Below are positions 37,477 to 50,454 of a stretch of DNA of 64,000 nucleotides, in pieces; position 1 is the stretch's first letter, and each line of letters opens with the position of its first letter. The notes below the pieces were generated by a model. That model ran no database searches, had not been told where the DNA came from, and worked only from the letters and a program-made list of their open reading frames with translations. A program made the translations under genes and the position numbers. Source of the DNA: Candidatus Latescibacterota bacterium. GTDB lineage: Bacteria; Latescibacterota; UBA2968; UBA8231. Where the stretch lies: the NCBI GenBank assembly GCA_965221775.1, contig CBDCSU010000004.1:384001-448000 (forward strand), written 5' to 3'.

Positions 37477-37913
37477 GAACCGCCTCCGGATTCCGGATGT
37501 TCCGGAGCGCCCGGCCCCCGGCGCATCAGGGACGACTTGTAGCGCTCGGGCTCGAAGGCCTCGAGAGTGACGATGCGGCACCCCGGAAAAGACTGGGCGA
37601 GCCCCGGCGGGGCCTTCTGGTCGTAGCCCAGGGCGATCACCCCGGGGCCGATGTCGGCCACCACCCGCAGGAAATCGGAGCCGGGATACCCGAGACGAGC
37701 GTCGTCCACGGCCTCGTGCTCCGAGATCCGCCGCAGGCGTTCGTCCTCCCCCTGGTCCGGCCCCTTGCCCTTGATGCGCAGGACATTGGCGTCCCTCGCC
37801 ACGACCACGAACAGCTCGTCCCCGAGATGGGCGGCCTGCCGGAGGAAGGAGTCGTGGCCCGGGTGGAAGTGGTCGAAGGTGCCGCAGCACATGACCCGCC
37901 GCCCCGCCCCCAC
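37473..37913 (-). CDS. cytidyltransferase-fold nucleotidyltransferase, archaeal RibL-like FAD synthase
   Basis: GTFD.FHPGH, GDEL.VVVARD..V...KG..P...E.ER, P..I.LGYDQ, YKSS. Confidence 0.75.
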   Translation of the reverse strand: MGAGRRVMCCGTFDHFHPGHDSFLRQAAHLGDELFVVVARDANVLRIKGKGPDQGEDERLRRISEHEAVDDARLGYPGSDFLRVVADIGPGVIALGYDQKAPPGLAQSFPGCRIVTLEAFEPERYKSSLMRRGPGAPEHPESGGGS

Positions 37914-38431
37914 TAGCGGCCCTCCCTCTCCTTCGATCGGCGGTCCACCCAGAACTGTCCGCCCTGCTCGCGGCTGAAGCGCTGTCCGAAGCTGTCGGCC
38001 TCCTCGCGGCGGGCGAAGTAGCCGATGCGCAGGCGGACCCCCTGGTCGGAGGGCAGGAGATAGGCCGGGTAGTCGAGGGCCTTGAGCTGCCGGAGCCGCT
38101 CACGGGCCCGGGAGGGGTCTGCAAACATCCCGATCTGCACCGTGTACTCCCCGTCGGGAGCGAAGGCCACCCCATCCTTGGCGGCGGCCGGGGCGGCCGG
38201 GGCCTCGACGGGCTCTTCCCGGGCTTCCTCGACCTTCGGCGGAGGGCCCGACAGGTCGGCGGTGCGGACCTGCTGACTGTCCTTCACGACGTAGACGATC
38301 TCGGTGCGCGTCCCCGGCTCCTCCCCGCCGGGGTCGGAGCCGCCTCCGGCGCATGCGCACAGAGCCAGGGACAACGCCAGGGAGGCCTGGGCGGGAACGG
38401 CGAGCCGGGAGGATGGACGGGGCTGTCTCAT
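37913..38431 (-). CDS. SPOR-domain lipoprotein
   Basis: Lipobox-like LCAC; C-terminal YTVQIG.F...RA...L...Y.AY......RLRIG.F..REEA. Confidence 0.8.
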   Translation of the reverse strand: MRQPRPSSRLAVPAQASLALSLALCACAGGGSDPGGEEPGTRTEIVYVVKDSQQVRTADLSGPPPKVEEAREEPVEAPAAPAAAKDGVAFAPDGEYTVQIGMFADPSRARERLRQLKALDYPAYLLPSDQGVRLRIGYFARREEADSFGQRFSREQGGQFWVDRRSKEREGR

Positions 38432-38435
38432 GGTC

Positions 38436-39434
38436 TCACATCTTCAGGACGCTCTTGGAGCCCGGGACCGCCCCCTCGAGCCGTTCGAGGAGGAACAACC
38501 CCCATTTCTTGCGATTCACATGGTACGGCAAGGAGGCGAGGGCTTCCAGCGGCAGGCCGGAACGGCGCAGCCGCGTCCCCAACTCCGGACCCGGCGGGGC
38601 CAGCATGGCCACGAGCCCTCCCGGGGCGACGACCCGGGAGGGCTCGGCCATCTGCTCCTCCAGGCCGTCCGCCCCGGCCCGAGGGACCACGAGGGCCGCC
38701 GCGGCGGTCTCGTCGGCCACCGGCAGGCGCCGGCCGTCGGCGCCCAGAGCGAGGCCGCTGCCGTCCCCTCGGCCGACCCAGGCTCCCGCCCTCCCCTTGT
38801 GGGGGACCGCCACGAGGAGATCCCGGTCATCGAGGTCGAGAAGCCGCGCCACGGAGCTGGCCGCAGGCCCGGGCCAGCCCTCCCGGCGGGGATCTCCCCC
38901 GGGCCGTCCGGGACCCAGCTGCACGGAGACCAGGGCGCGCCGGCGCCTCACCTGCAGGCTCAGCCGCATCGGCGAGCCGCTCCCGGTGCCGGGCTGCAGC
39001 CCGAGCTCGGACCTCAGGAGCGCCTCAGCCCCGGCGCGCAGCTCCCCGGTCTCGAAGCGGTGGTTCCCGCGAAGGCTGACCTCCAGGTGGAACCGGCGCC
39101 CGTCGACGCCCGGGTCGCAGGCGCGGGCGATGCGCTGCACGCTCTCCAGCGGCAGCTGACGGAGGCATCTCAGGACCCGCTCCAGGCCGGGACCGCCCAC
39201 GGTGACATCGTGGGCCTGCGCGGCGATCGCCTGCAGGCGGGTGGGACACCGCAACTCGAGGAGCCGGCGGGGACTGGCGCGGTAGCGGAAGAACACCCGG
39301 CCCACTGCGCCTCGCTCGGGGCGCACGGCGGACGCCGCGGAGCCCAGGCGGACCCGCATCTCCTCGACGGCGACCTCCTCGAGGCCGCCGATGCAGGTGA
39401 TGACGAACTCCGTCAGACTCGCGGGGGCGGACAT
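38436..39434 (-). CDS. THUMP-domain protein with degenerate methyltransferase domain (Trm14/RlmL-like)
   Basis: TC..GLE.VA.EE N-terminus, G.H.F THUMP segment, ADGRRLP; lacks DPxCGSGT and NPPY. Confidence 0.6.
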   Translation of the reverse strand: MSAPASLTEFVITCIGGLEEVAVEEMRVRLGSAASAVRPERGAVGRVFFRYRASPRRLLELRCPTRLQAIAAQAHDVTVGGPGLERVLRCLRQLPLESVQRIARACDPGVDGRRFHLEVSLRGNHRFETGELRAGAEALLRSELGLQPGTGSGSPMRLSLQVRRRRALVSVQLGPGRPGGDPRREGWPGPAASSVARLLDLDDRDLLVAVPHKGRAGAWVGRGDGSGLALGADGRRLPVADETAAAALVVPRAGADGLEEQMAEPSRVVAPGGLVAMLAPPGPELGTRLRRSGLPLEALASLPYHVNRKKWGLFLLERLEGAVPGSKSVLKM

Positions 39435-39440
39435 GCCGGC

Positions 39441-40712
39441 TCAGCCCATGGGGAGGACGGTGGCGGTGGCCGGGCCGTCCGGCGTCAGGCACTCGGCGGC
39501 GCAGGCCGCTACCTCCCCCGCGTCCAGGGCGCCGCCGCCGAGATGGAGGTCCACGAGATCGAAGGGATGGCAGCCGCGGCCCACGGCGCACTCGACGAGG
39601 TCGGCGCACTCCTCCGCGTCCTCCCACCGGCAGACCATCTCGCCGAAGACCCGGCGCCGGGCCCGCTCGAAGCCCTCCTCGATCCACCCTTGCCGCAGGC
39701 CCGTCTCCAGCACCTCGACGATGGCGTGGCGCAGCTGCCCGGGGCGGTCCGTGTCTCCCCCGAGCAGGCAGAAGCCGTACAGCCCGTCGAGGTGAACCTC
39801 GCCGCCGAAGCTCTCACCGTCGACCAGACCGGACTCGTACGCCTCCTCGAAGAAGCGGCTCGAGGCGCCGAAGAGGATGTCGAGGGCCACCTCCAGGCTC
39901 AGCTCGCGCCGCAGCAACTCCGGCCCTGCAGCCGGGACCGGATCCGGGAACAGCAGCAAGTGTCGGGCCTTGGCCACGGCTCTGCGGACCTCGGCGTCCT
40001 GCGGCCTCGCTTCGATCCTCGGTCCGCGGCCCCCACCGGCGGCAGCCGCCGGCCACGCCTCCAGCAGCTCCACGCCGCGCCGGCAGACGGCGTCCCCCGC
40101 CGCGGCGCCGCAGACGATCAGCTGCAAGGCGCCCGGGTGGTAGTACTGCTGGTGGCATCGGCTCAGCACCCCGGCGTCGATCCGGCGCAGGCTTTCCGAG
40201 GTTCCGGCGATGTCCACGGCGATCCTGTGTTCGCCGTACAGGGCGCGCAGGGCGGTCTGGAAGGCCACCCACTCGACGCTGTCATCGAAGAGCTGGATCT
40301 CGCGGGCGATGATCTCTCGTTCCCGCTCGATCCCTGCCTCGGGGAAGTGGCCCCGACCGGCGAGCTCGAAGAGCAGGGGCAGGCAGTCCTCGAAGGCTCC
40401 GGCGCTGGAGGTGAAGGAGAAAGAGGTGCCGGTGAGCCCGGTCTGGGCGTCGACGTCGGCTCCCAGACGGGTGAAGCGGTCGGTGATGTCCCCCTCGGGC
40501 TTCTCGAAGAGCCGGTGCTCCAGGAAGTGGGCGGTGCCCTCCGGAAGGGCCGGTCCTCCGGGGGCTCCGGCGTCGATGGAACCGAAGTCGACCAGGAGGA
40601 CCGCGTGACAGCGGCGGCCCGGCCCGGGCACGGCCCACACCCTTCCGCCGCCCGGGGCGGCGGCGGTCCATACCTCCTCGCGCAGCAGGGGATGCCTTCT
40701 CCGGTTCACCAC
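39441..40712 (-). CDS. M16 peptidase, active subunit (YmfH-like)
   Basis: DFGSID, G.AHFLEH.LF (HxxEH), E..II.REI..FDD, DIAGT.ES. Confidence 0.88.
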   Translation of the reverse strand: MVNRRRHPLLREEVWTAAAPGGGRVWAVPGPGRRCHAVLLVDFGSIDAGAPGGPALPEGTAHFLEHRLFEKPEGDITDRFTRLGADVDAQTGLTGTSFSFTSSAGAFEDCLPLLFELAGRGHFPEAGIEREREIIAREIQLFDDSVEWVAFQTALRALYGEHRIAVDIAGTSESLRRIDAGVLSRCHQQYYHPGALQLIVCGAAAGDAVCRRGVELLEAWPAAAAGGGRGPRIEARPQDAEVRRAVAKARHLLLFPDPVPAAGPELLRRELSLEVALDILFGASSRFFEEAYESGLVDGESFGGEVHLDGLYGFCLLGGDTDRPGQLRHAIVEVLETGLRQGWIEEGFERARRRVFGEMVCRWEDAEECADLVECAVGRGCHPFDLVDLHLGGGALDAGEVAACAAECLTPDGPATATVLPMG

Positions 40713-41998
40713 GGCGCCAGAAAGTAGTCGGTCTCCAGTACCAGGCGCGCCGCCGCGGCGCGGATCTCCGCCGCGTCCACCCCGGCCAGGGCCTGGCGCA
40801 GGCGCGTGCGCGAGGTGTCGGCGCCCGCCAGCCGGCGGTAGTAGTCGAAACGGACGAGGCGGTCCCGGGCGTCATCGAAGCTGTCGAGCCGGTTCAGGGC
40901 GAGGGTCCGCGAGCGCTCGAGCTCGCCGCCGCCGGGGCCGGCATCGGCGAGTTCCCGCAGCTGCTGCCGCACCAGGCGGCCAACGGCCTCCCGGTCTCCG
41001 GCCTCGACCCCGGCCTCGACGAAGAGCATCCCTCCCATGGCCTCGCCGTAGGAGGTGATGTAGTAGCACATCCCCGACTCCTCCCGGACCACCCGCCAGA
41101 GGCGGGAGTGCTGATCGGCCCCGAAGATCAGGTCCAGGAGGGCCAGGGCCGGGTAGCGGCAGCGCTCCCCGCCGCCCACGGTGGCATCGGTGCGGTACCC
41201 AAGCATCATCCGGCCCTGGGCCAGCCTGTCCCGCTCGGTCACCCTCCTCACACCCTCCCCCGCCAGGTGGACGGGAGGCGGAGGGGTCGCCTTCAGGGAG
41301 GGGCGCGGCCAGCCCAGGGCCGCCTCCGCCAGGGCCGCCGCACGGTCGACGTCGACATCGCCGCAGATGTAGAGATCGAGGGCCGCCGAAGCCCGGAGCC
41401 CGGCCAGCTCGGCCAGAAGGTCGGAGCCGGTCACCCCGCACAGCTCCGACGGGTCGCCGTGCGCCGCCAGCCCGTAGGCTTCACCCGCGCACATGATCTC
41501 GAGACAGCGCCTCTGGGCGAGGGCGGTCCGATCGGAGTACATCGCCTCGACGCTGCGGCGCAGGGACTCCTTCTCCTGCTCCACCCGGGCCTCCGGAAAG
41601 ACCCCCCCCTCCAGGTACGGCTCGCGCAACGCCTGACCCAGCAGCTCGAGGCCGGGGGCCAGCAGGTCGGGGCGGCCGGGGAGGTACGCGCCTTCCACGG
41701 CCTCGTAGTGCAGGTGCAGAACCTGGAAGGGCCCCATGCCTTCGGTCTGGGAGGAGAAGAGGGCCCCATAGAGGTCGTCGGTGTGGCGGTTCAGCTGCCG
41801 AAGACCCGGGAGGCGGGCGGTGCCGCGCTCCAGCAGGCGCCCCACCAGGGCCATCCGCGTCGCCGCCACGGGCCGGAGCAGACGCGGAAGGAAGAGATCG
41901 ATCCACACCGACTTGAAGCGGCGCGAAGGGCGCACGTGGAGGCGCAGCCCGGGGCGCAGGAGGAGGCTGTCGAAGTCCGAGTCGCGCTCCGGGGCCAC
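40706..41998 (-). CDS. M16 peptidase, inactive subunit (YmfF-like); start uncertain
   Basis: RFKS, LL.RGT, LYGA, QG.M.LGY, SRLW..VRE..G.CYY; lacks HxxEH; paired with the ymfH-like gene. Confidence 0.85.
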   Translation of the reverse strand: MAPERDSDFDSLLLRPGLRLHVRPSRRFKSVWIDLFLPRLLRPVAATRMALVGRLLERGTARLPGLRQLNRHTDDLYGALFSSQTEGMGPFQVLHLHYEAVEGAYLPGRPDLLAPGLELLGQALREPYLEGGVFPEARVEQEKESLRRSVEAMYSDRTALAQRRCLEIMCAGEAYGLAAHGDPSELCGVTGSDLLAELAGLRASAALDLYICGDVDVDRAAALAEAALGWPRPSLKATPPPPVHLAGEGVRRVTERDRLAQGRMMLGYRTDATVGGGERCRYPALALLDLIFGADQHSRLWRVVREESGMCYYITSYGEAMGGMLFVEAGVEAGDREAVGRLVRQQLRELADAGPGGGELERSRTLALNRLDSFDDARDRLVRFDYYRRLAGADTSRTRLRQALAGVDAAEIRAAAARLVLETDYFLAPW

Positions 41999-42207
41999 GG
42001 CGAGAGCGGGGGTTGGTGCGTGGTTGGCGGCAGAGTCCGGGGCGGCCCCTGGGTGGGCCTCGCCGGTTTCGGGCTCAGGGTCCAAGATCGGTGAACCCCG
42101 CTTCCAGGGCAAAGCGCAGGGCCCCGCCGTGCGCCGGTCCGATCCCCGGGGCTTGCCCGCCGGCTGCGGGTAAGCGATGATGGTGCCTCTTGCCTCCAGG
42201 ACCAAGG

Positions 42208-42966
42208 ATGAGCGACTCTCTGGATCAGGTCTCCATCGTGCTCGTGGAGCCGGCGGTTCCCGGGAACATCGGCTCCGTGGCACGGGTCATGCGCAACACG
42301 GGGATGAGCCGCCTCGTCCTCGTCCGCCCCGGCCACTGGCGCACCCCCGAATGCGAGTGGATGGCCCACGGCTCGACGGACCTCCTGGACGAGGCCCGTG
42401 TCGTGGAGGACCTGGAGGAGGCGGTCACCGACTGCCAGATCGTCCTCGGGACCACGCACCGCGTGGGCAGGCTCCGGGTCGTGGACGATGACTACCGCGC
42501 ATCCCTGGCCGAGACCGCAGCCCAGGCCGCGGCGGGCCGGCGCATCGCCGTCCTCTTCGGCCGCGAGAAGGACGGCCTCTCGCGGTCGGAACTGCTGCGC
42601 TGCCAGCGCCTCATCCGCATCCCCTCGGCGGTCCCCCACCCCTCCTTCAACCTGTCCCACGCCGTGCTCCTGGTGGCCTACGAGCTGTTCCGCCGCCTCG
42701 GGGATCCGCCGCGGAGGGCCCCCGCCGCGCCGCTGGCCACGGCCGCCCAGATCGACCGGGTCGTGGAGCACCTGCTGGAGGCGATGCTCACCATCGGGTT
42801 CCGGCCCCGGAACGAGGACCCGGCGAACTTCGAGCGCGTGCTCCGCCGGTTCCTGGGGCGGGCACCCCTCGAAAGGCGGGACGCCGCCGTGCTGCACCGC
42901 CTGGCGGGACAGGTCGGCAAGTTCGCCCGCCGGCTCCGGCAGGGCCGGGACGAGCCTTCAGGGTGA
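42208..42966 (+). CDS. trmJ: SPOUT RNA methyltransferase, TrmJ/LasT family
   Basis: IVLVEP..PGNIGSVARVM.N.G, FGREKDGLS, SFNLSHAV. Confidence 0.85.
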   Translation: MSDSLDQVSIVLVEPAVPGNIGSVARVMRNTGMSRLVLVRPGHWRTPECEWMAHGSTDLLDEARVVEDLEEAVTDCQIVLGTTHRVGRLRVVDDDYRASLAETAAQAAAGRRIAVLFGREKDGLSRSELLRCQRLIRIPSAVPHPSFNLSHAVLLVAYELFRRLGDPPRRAPAAPLATAAQIDRVVEHLLEAMLTIGFRPRNEDPANFERVLRRFLGRAPLERRDAAVLHRLAGQVGKFARRLRQGRDEPSG

Positions 42967-43971
42967 GTCCGGCACCGGTTCGAGCCAGCGCTGGAACCAG
43001 GCCAGGACGCGGCTCTCCATCGGCCTCGAGAACCCGTGCCCCACATCCTCCTCGATCCAGAGCTCCAGTCTGTCCGCGGCGCTGTCGGCATAGGCCGGCG
43101 CGGCGGCCGCAAAGGTCCGGCGCGCCGCCGCCGGGGTGATGTAGGGGTCCAGCTCTCCGGTCATCAGCAGCAGCGGCCGGGGGGCCAGGGAAGCCGCCAG
43201 GCGCGGCGCGTCGAGGACGGCCAGCTCCGGCATCCAGCCGAGAAAAGCCTCCCGGACCCGGTCCGGAGAAGCCCCGTCCCGGATCAGGCGTTCGGTCAGC
43301 GGCAATCCCCGGAACAGCCGCCGCCAGGCGTCGGTGCCGAAGACCTCCGCCCAGCACAGCTGGCCGGCCACGGAGACGACGCAGTCGACCCGCTCGTCGA
43401 CCGAGGCCAGCAGCAGCGCCTCCATGCCGCCCATGCTCAGCCCCATCATGCCGATGCGGCCGGCATCGGCCTCCGGCCGCGCGGCGGCGTAGTCCAGGGC
43501 GCGCTGCAGGTCGAGGACGTACTCGCCGAGCACTCGCGGCAGGCCCTTGGCGCGGATGGCTGCCGCCGGGTCCCCCGGGCGCTCTCCGTGATAGGGCCTG
43601 TCGATGGTGAGGACGAAGAACCCGGCCTGGGCCCACAGGGGCAGCAGGGCCCGCGGCCGCAGCAGGTCCTCCTTGCGGTTGGGACTGCCCGGCATGAGCA
43701 GGAGGACGGGCAGGGGGCGCGCCCTCGGCAGCTCGGACCAGCTCACCAGGGCGGGTATGGTGCGGCCGTGGTAGCCGTCGAAGCGGACCCGTTCGACGAC
43801 GGCGTCGCGGCGGCGCCAGGAGCTGTCCACTTGCGCCGAGAGCGGAACGGAGGGCCTGTGGGCCAGGTGCAGGGCCTTGCGGATCCGGGTCTCGGCGTCG
43901 GGGGCGGCGCGGCACCCGGAGCCGATGACGAGCAGGGCCAGCGCGGCCCACCCCCGCCTGCCGCGGCTCAC
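42958..43971 (-). CDS. exported alpha/beta hydrolase (dienelactone hydrolase / esterase-like), probable lipoprotein
   Basis: Signal ending GSGC; ID..YHGER; G.SMGG nucleophile elbow; GELD; GHG catalytic His. Confidence 0.85.
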   Translation of the reverse strand: MSRGRRGWAALALLVIGSGCRAAPDAETRIRKALHLAHRPSVPLSAQVDSSWRRRDAVVERVRFDGYHGRTIPALVSWSELPRARPLPVLLLMPGSPNRKEDLLRPRALLPLWAQAGFFVLTIDRPYHGERPGDPAAAIRAKGLPRVLGEYVLDLQRALDYAAARPEADAGRIGMMGLSMGGMEALLLASVDERVDCVVSVAGQLCWAEVFGTDAWRRLFRGLPLTERLIRDGASPDRVREAFLGWMPELAVLDAPRLAASLAPRPLLLMTGELDPYITPAAARRTFAAAAPAYADSAADRLELWIEEDVGHGFSRPMESRVLAWFQRWLEPVPDSP

Positions 43972-44931
43972 TTCTCGAGAGCCACCAGTTCCATGTCCCG
44001 CTCCACCATCATCGCCACCATCTCCTCGAAGGAGACCTCCGGCTCCCATCCCAGGATCCGGCGGGCCTTCGAAGGATCGCCGCGCAGGACCTCGACCTCG
44101 GCCGGCCGCAGGAAGCGCTCGTCGACCTCGACGTACTCCTCCCAGTCGAGGCCCACGGAGCCGAAGGCGGCCTCGCAGAACTCGCGGATCGTGCGGTCGC
44201 GGCCGGTGGCGATGACGAAGTCGTCGGGGGTCTCCTGCTGCAGCATCATCCACATGGCGCGCACGAAGTCCCCCGCGTACCCCCAGTCCCGGCGGGCGTC
44301 GAGGTTGCCCAGCAGGAGCCGGCTGTCCCTGCCCTGCTTAATCCGCGCCACCCCGTTGGTGATCTTGCGGCTGACGAACTCCAGGCCCCGGCGAGGAGAC
44401 TCGTGGTTGAAGAGGATCCCCGCGCAGGCGTACATGTCGTACGACTCGCGGTAGTTGATGGTGATCCAGTGCCCGTAGACCTTGGAGACGCCGTAGGGGC
44501 TGCGCGGGTAGAAGGGAGTCGTCTCGGTCTGCGGCGACTCCCGCACCTTTCCGAAGAGCTCCGACGTGGAGGCCTGGTAGAAGCGGATCCCCGCGTCGGT
44601 GGAGCGGATCGCCTCGAGGAGACGGGCCACGCCGAGAGCGGTGATCTCGCCCGTGAGCAGGGGCTGGGCCCAGGAGGCCGGAACGAAGGACTGGGCGCCG
44701 AGGTTGTAGACCTCGTGGGGGCGGGCTTCCTGGATGGCGAACATCAGCGAGTTCTGGTCGAGGAGGTCTCCCGACAGCAGGTGGACGTCGTGCTGGATGT
44801 GGCGGATACGCTCGAAGTTCACCGTGCTGGAACGGCGGATCAGTCCGTAGACGTCGTAGCCCTTCTCGAGGAGGAACTCGGCGAGGTAGGAACCGTCCTG
44901 GCCGGTGATCCCCGTAACGAGAGCGCGGCGG

Positions 44932-44939
<8 letters not shown>
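43968..44939 (-). CDS. gmd: GDP-mannose 4,6-dehydratase
   Basis: [56 protein letters not shown]. Confidence 0.97.
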
Positions 44940-47821
<2,882 letters not shown>

Positions 47822-47835
<14 letters not shown>

Positions 47836-48961
47836 CGGCGCTCCTCCTCGGGCGGCTGCCGCGCCGGGAACGGCGGCGGCGGACCCTTGACGGAACGAAG
47901 GGCAGGGACACAACCTCGGCGGCTACCGTCGTGCCGCGGATCTCCACTTCCAGCCTGGTCCCCGCGTCGGCGCGCCCGCTGGCCACGTAGCCCATGGCGA
48001 TCCCGCGCCGCAGGACGGGAGAGTGAGTGCCGCTGGTCACGCGGCCGACCTGCACCCCGCCGGCTCTCAGCACCTGCCCGGCCCGGGGGATGCCCCGGTC
48101 GAGCAGGCCGAGGCCGACAAGCCGCCGTGAGAGGCCGGCATCGCTCTGGGCCCGCAGCGGCCCCCGGCCCGGGAACTCCCGCGGCTTGTCCAGGGCGAGG
48201 GCCCATGCCAGACCCGCTTCCAGGGGGCTCGTGTCCTCGGTCAGCTCGTGTCCGTAGAGGCAGAAGCCGGCTTCCAGGCGCAGCGAGTCCCGGGCCGCCA
48301 GGCCCACGGGGTGGGCGCCGGCCTCGAGCAGCCGCGACCAGAGGGCCGGGCCGTCGGCGGCGGGGCAGATGATCTCGAAACCATCCTCCCCGGTATAGCC
48401 GCTGCGGCTGACCAGCCAGTCGCCCGAGGCGCCCTCGGCCATGGTGAAACCGAAGAAGCCCAGGCCTCTGCAGAAGTCGTCGATGACGGAGGTGACCAGG
48501 CCTTCCGCCTTCGGCCCCTGGACGGCGATCATCGCCTGACTCCCGGTTCGTTCCTCCACCCGGGGGAGGGCGGACGGCAGACGCTCGAGGATCCAGGCGC
48601 GGTCGGACTCGGTGCGCGCCGCGTTGACGACGAGGAGGAACCCCTCCTCCGCGAGGCGGTACACGGCGAGATCGTCGAGGACCCCGCCCTGGTCATTGCA
48701 CAGGACGGTGTAGGCCATGCGGCCGGGCGGCAACGGCTCGACGGCGCAGGGCAGCAGACCATCGAGGAACTCCGCCGACCCCGGGCCGGAGACGTACAGG
48801 CGCCCCATGTGGCTCACGTCGAAGAGGCCGGCACCCGTCCGGGTCTGTTGGTGCTCCCCCTGGATTCCGGTGTATTGGATCGGCATTTCCCAGCCCGCGA
48901 AATCGACGAGGCGGGCCCCGGCTCCATGATGTCGATCCCACAGGGGCGTCCTGCGACTCAA
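47822..48961 (-). CDS. gcvT: glycine cleavage system aminomethyltransferase T
   Basis: RTPL...H, FAGWEMP.QY, FDVSHMG, QGP, SRSGYTGEDGFE, GL.ARDSLRLEAG; TTG start overlaps coaE stop. Confidence 0.96.
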
Positions 48962-49563
48962 GCTTCCCTCCGGTCCTGCCGTTGCTCCAGGCCTTCCCAG
49001 ACCCGCGCCGCCTGGCTGCGCAGGGACCCGAGATCGCCGTTGTTGCTCACCTCGTAGTCGACGGATCCCTCGGGAGTGTCGTTCTGCTGCAGGGCGCGGC
49101 GCTGGCGCACTTCCTCGGGGGCGAGTCCCCGCTTCCGGGCGACACGTTGCGTGGCGAGGCCGGACTCGGTATTGACCAGAATGACGGCGTCGAAGCGGTC
49201 CTGCAGACCCCACTCGAAGACCAGGGGCGCGTCTAGGAGGACGATCCCACCGCCCGCCTCGCCCTCCCGCAGAGCCTCCCAGATCCGGGGTTCCAACTCC
49301 GGTCTGACCAGCTCCTCCAGCCGCTGCCGGCCTTCCTCGTTGGCCAAGGCCCGCCGGGCGAGACCCCGGCGATCGAGCCTGCCTTCGCCGTCGAGCAGGT
49401 CCTCTCCGAAGGCCTCCGCCAGCCGGCAGCGCAGGTCTTCGCTCTCGTCGACGACCTGCCGCGCCAGCGCGTCGGCATCGATCCGGCGGGCGCCGAGGTC
49501 CTCGAGCATGGCGGCCAGGGTGGTCTTGCCCGCGCCCATGTTGCCGGTGACCGCCACCAGCAT
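48958..49563 (-). CDS. coaE: dephospho-CoA kinase
   Basis: VTG..GAGKTT, IDAD..AR, LDR..LA, DAPL.FE, N.G. Confidence 0.93.
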   Translation of the reverse strand: MLVAVTGNMGAGKTTLAAMLEDLGARRIDADALARQVVDESEDLRCRLAEAFGEDLLDGEGRLDRRGLARRALANEEGRQRLEELVRPELEPRIWEALREGEAGGGIVLLDAPLVFEWGLQDRFDAVILVNTESGLATQRVARKRGLAPEEVRQRRALQQNDTPEGSVDYEVSNNGDLGSLRSQAARVWEGLEQRQDRREA

Positions 49564-49586
49564 CTCAGCGCTCCTGGCGGCCGGCC

Positions 49587-50441
49587 TCACTTCCCCTTGA
49601 GATGGCGGAAGAACTCGGTGTCGGCGGGCTGGACGAGGACCGTGTTCTCCTGCAGCGACTTCTCATACGCCTCGAGAGTCCGGGTGAACTGGTAGAATCC
49701 GGTGGCGTTGCGGTAGGCCGCCGCGTAGATCGCCAGGGCCTCGGCGTCCCCCTGGCCCCGGATCCCCTGGGCCCGCTCGTAGGCCTCGGCAGCAATGGTG
49801 GCCGCCTCCAGATCGGTCTCGGCACGGATCTTCAGTGCCTCTTCCTCGCCCTCGGATCGGTAGGCCTTGGCCTCCCTGGCGCGTTCGGCCCGCATTCGAT
49901 TGTAGACCGCCTGCTCGTTCTCCGGAGGAAGGTCCGCGCGCTTGATGCGCACGTCCAGGACCTCGATCCCGTAGACCTTCGCGGCCAGGTTCGCCCGCGC
50001 CCTCACGGAGTCCATGATCGCCTGGCGGTTGGTGGCCACCACCTCCGACAGGTCGTGCTGGCCGAGCTCCTTGCGCAACTCGGAGTAGATGACGTCGTCG
50101 AGCCGGGCCAGGGCCTCGTCTACGGTTCGCAGGGCCTGCATGAAGGTCAGGGCGTCGACGATCCGCCAGCGGGCGTAGTTGTCGATGATGAGGGTCTTCT
50201 TGTCCTTCGTGTAGATGGGGTCCGGGTTCGAGTCGTAGTCGAGGAGGCGGCGGTCGAAGAAGGTCGTCTTCTGGATCGGATCGGGCAGCTTGAAGTACAG
50301 CCCGGGCTCGGTGTTCACCTCAACGGGCTGCCCGAACTGGGTGACCACGACCTGCTCGACCTCGGTGACGGTGTAGAAGACGAGGTTGGCGCCGAAGAGG
50401 AGCAGCACGAGGGCGACGACGACACCGACGGCGTTGCGCAT
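49587..50441 (-). CDS. hflC: FtsH modulator HflC
   Basis: QFG.P, T.DKK...ID.YARWRI, GIEV.DVRIKR.DLP, RM.AER, GQGDA.A. Confidence 0.95.
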   Translation of the reverse strand: MRNAVGVVVALVLLLFGANLVFYTVTEVEQVVVTQFGQPVEVNTEPGLYFKLPDPIQKTTFFDRRLLDYDSNPDPIYTKDKKTLIIDNYARWRIVDALTFMQALRTVDEALARLDDVIYSELRKELGQHDLSEVVATNRQAIMDSVRARANLAAKVYGIEVLDVRIKRADLPPENEQAVYNRMRAERAREAKAYRSEGEEEALKIRAETDLEAATIAAEAYERAQGIRGQGDAEALAIYAAAYRNATGFYQFTRTLEAYEKSLQENTVLVQPADTEFFRHLKGK

Positions 50442-50454
50442 GGCGGCGGCCTCC

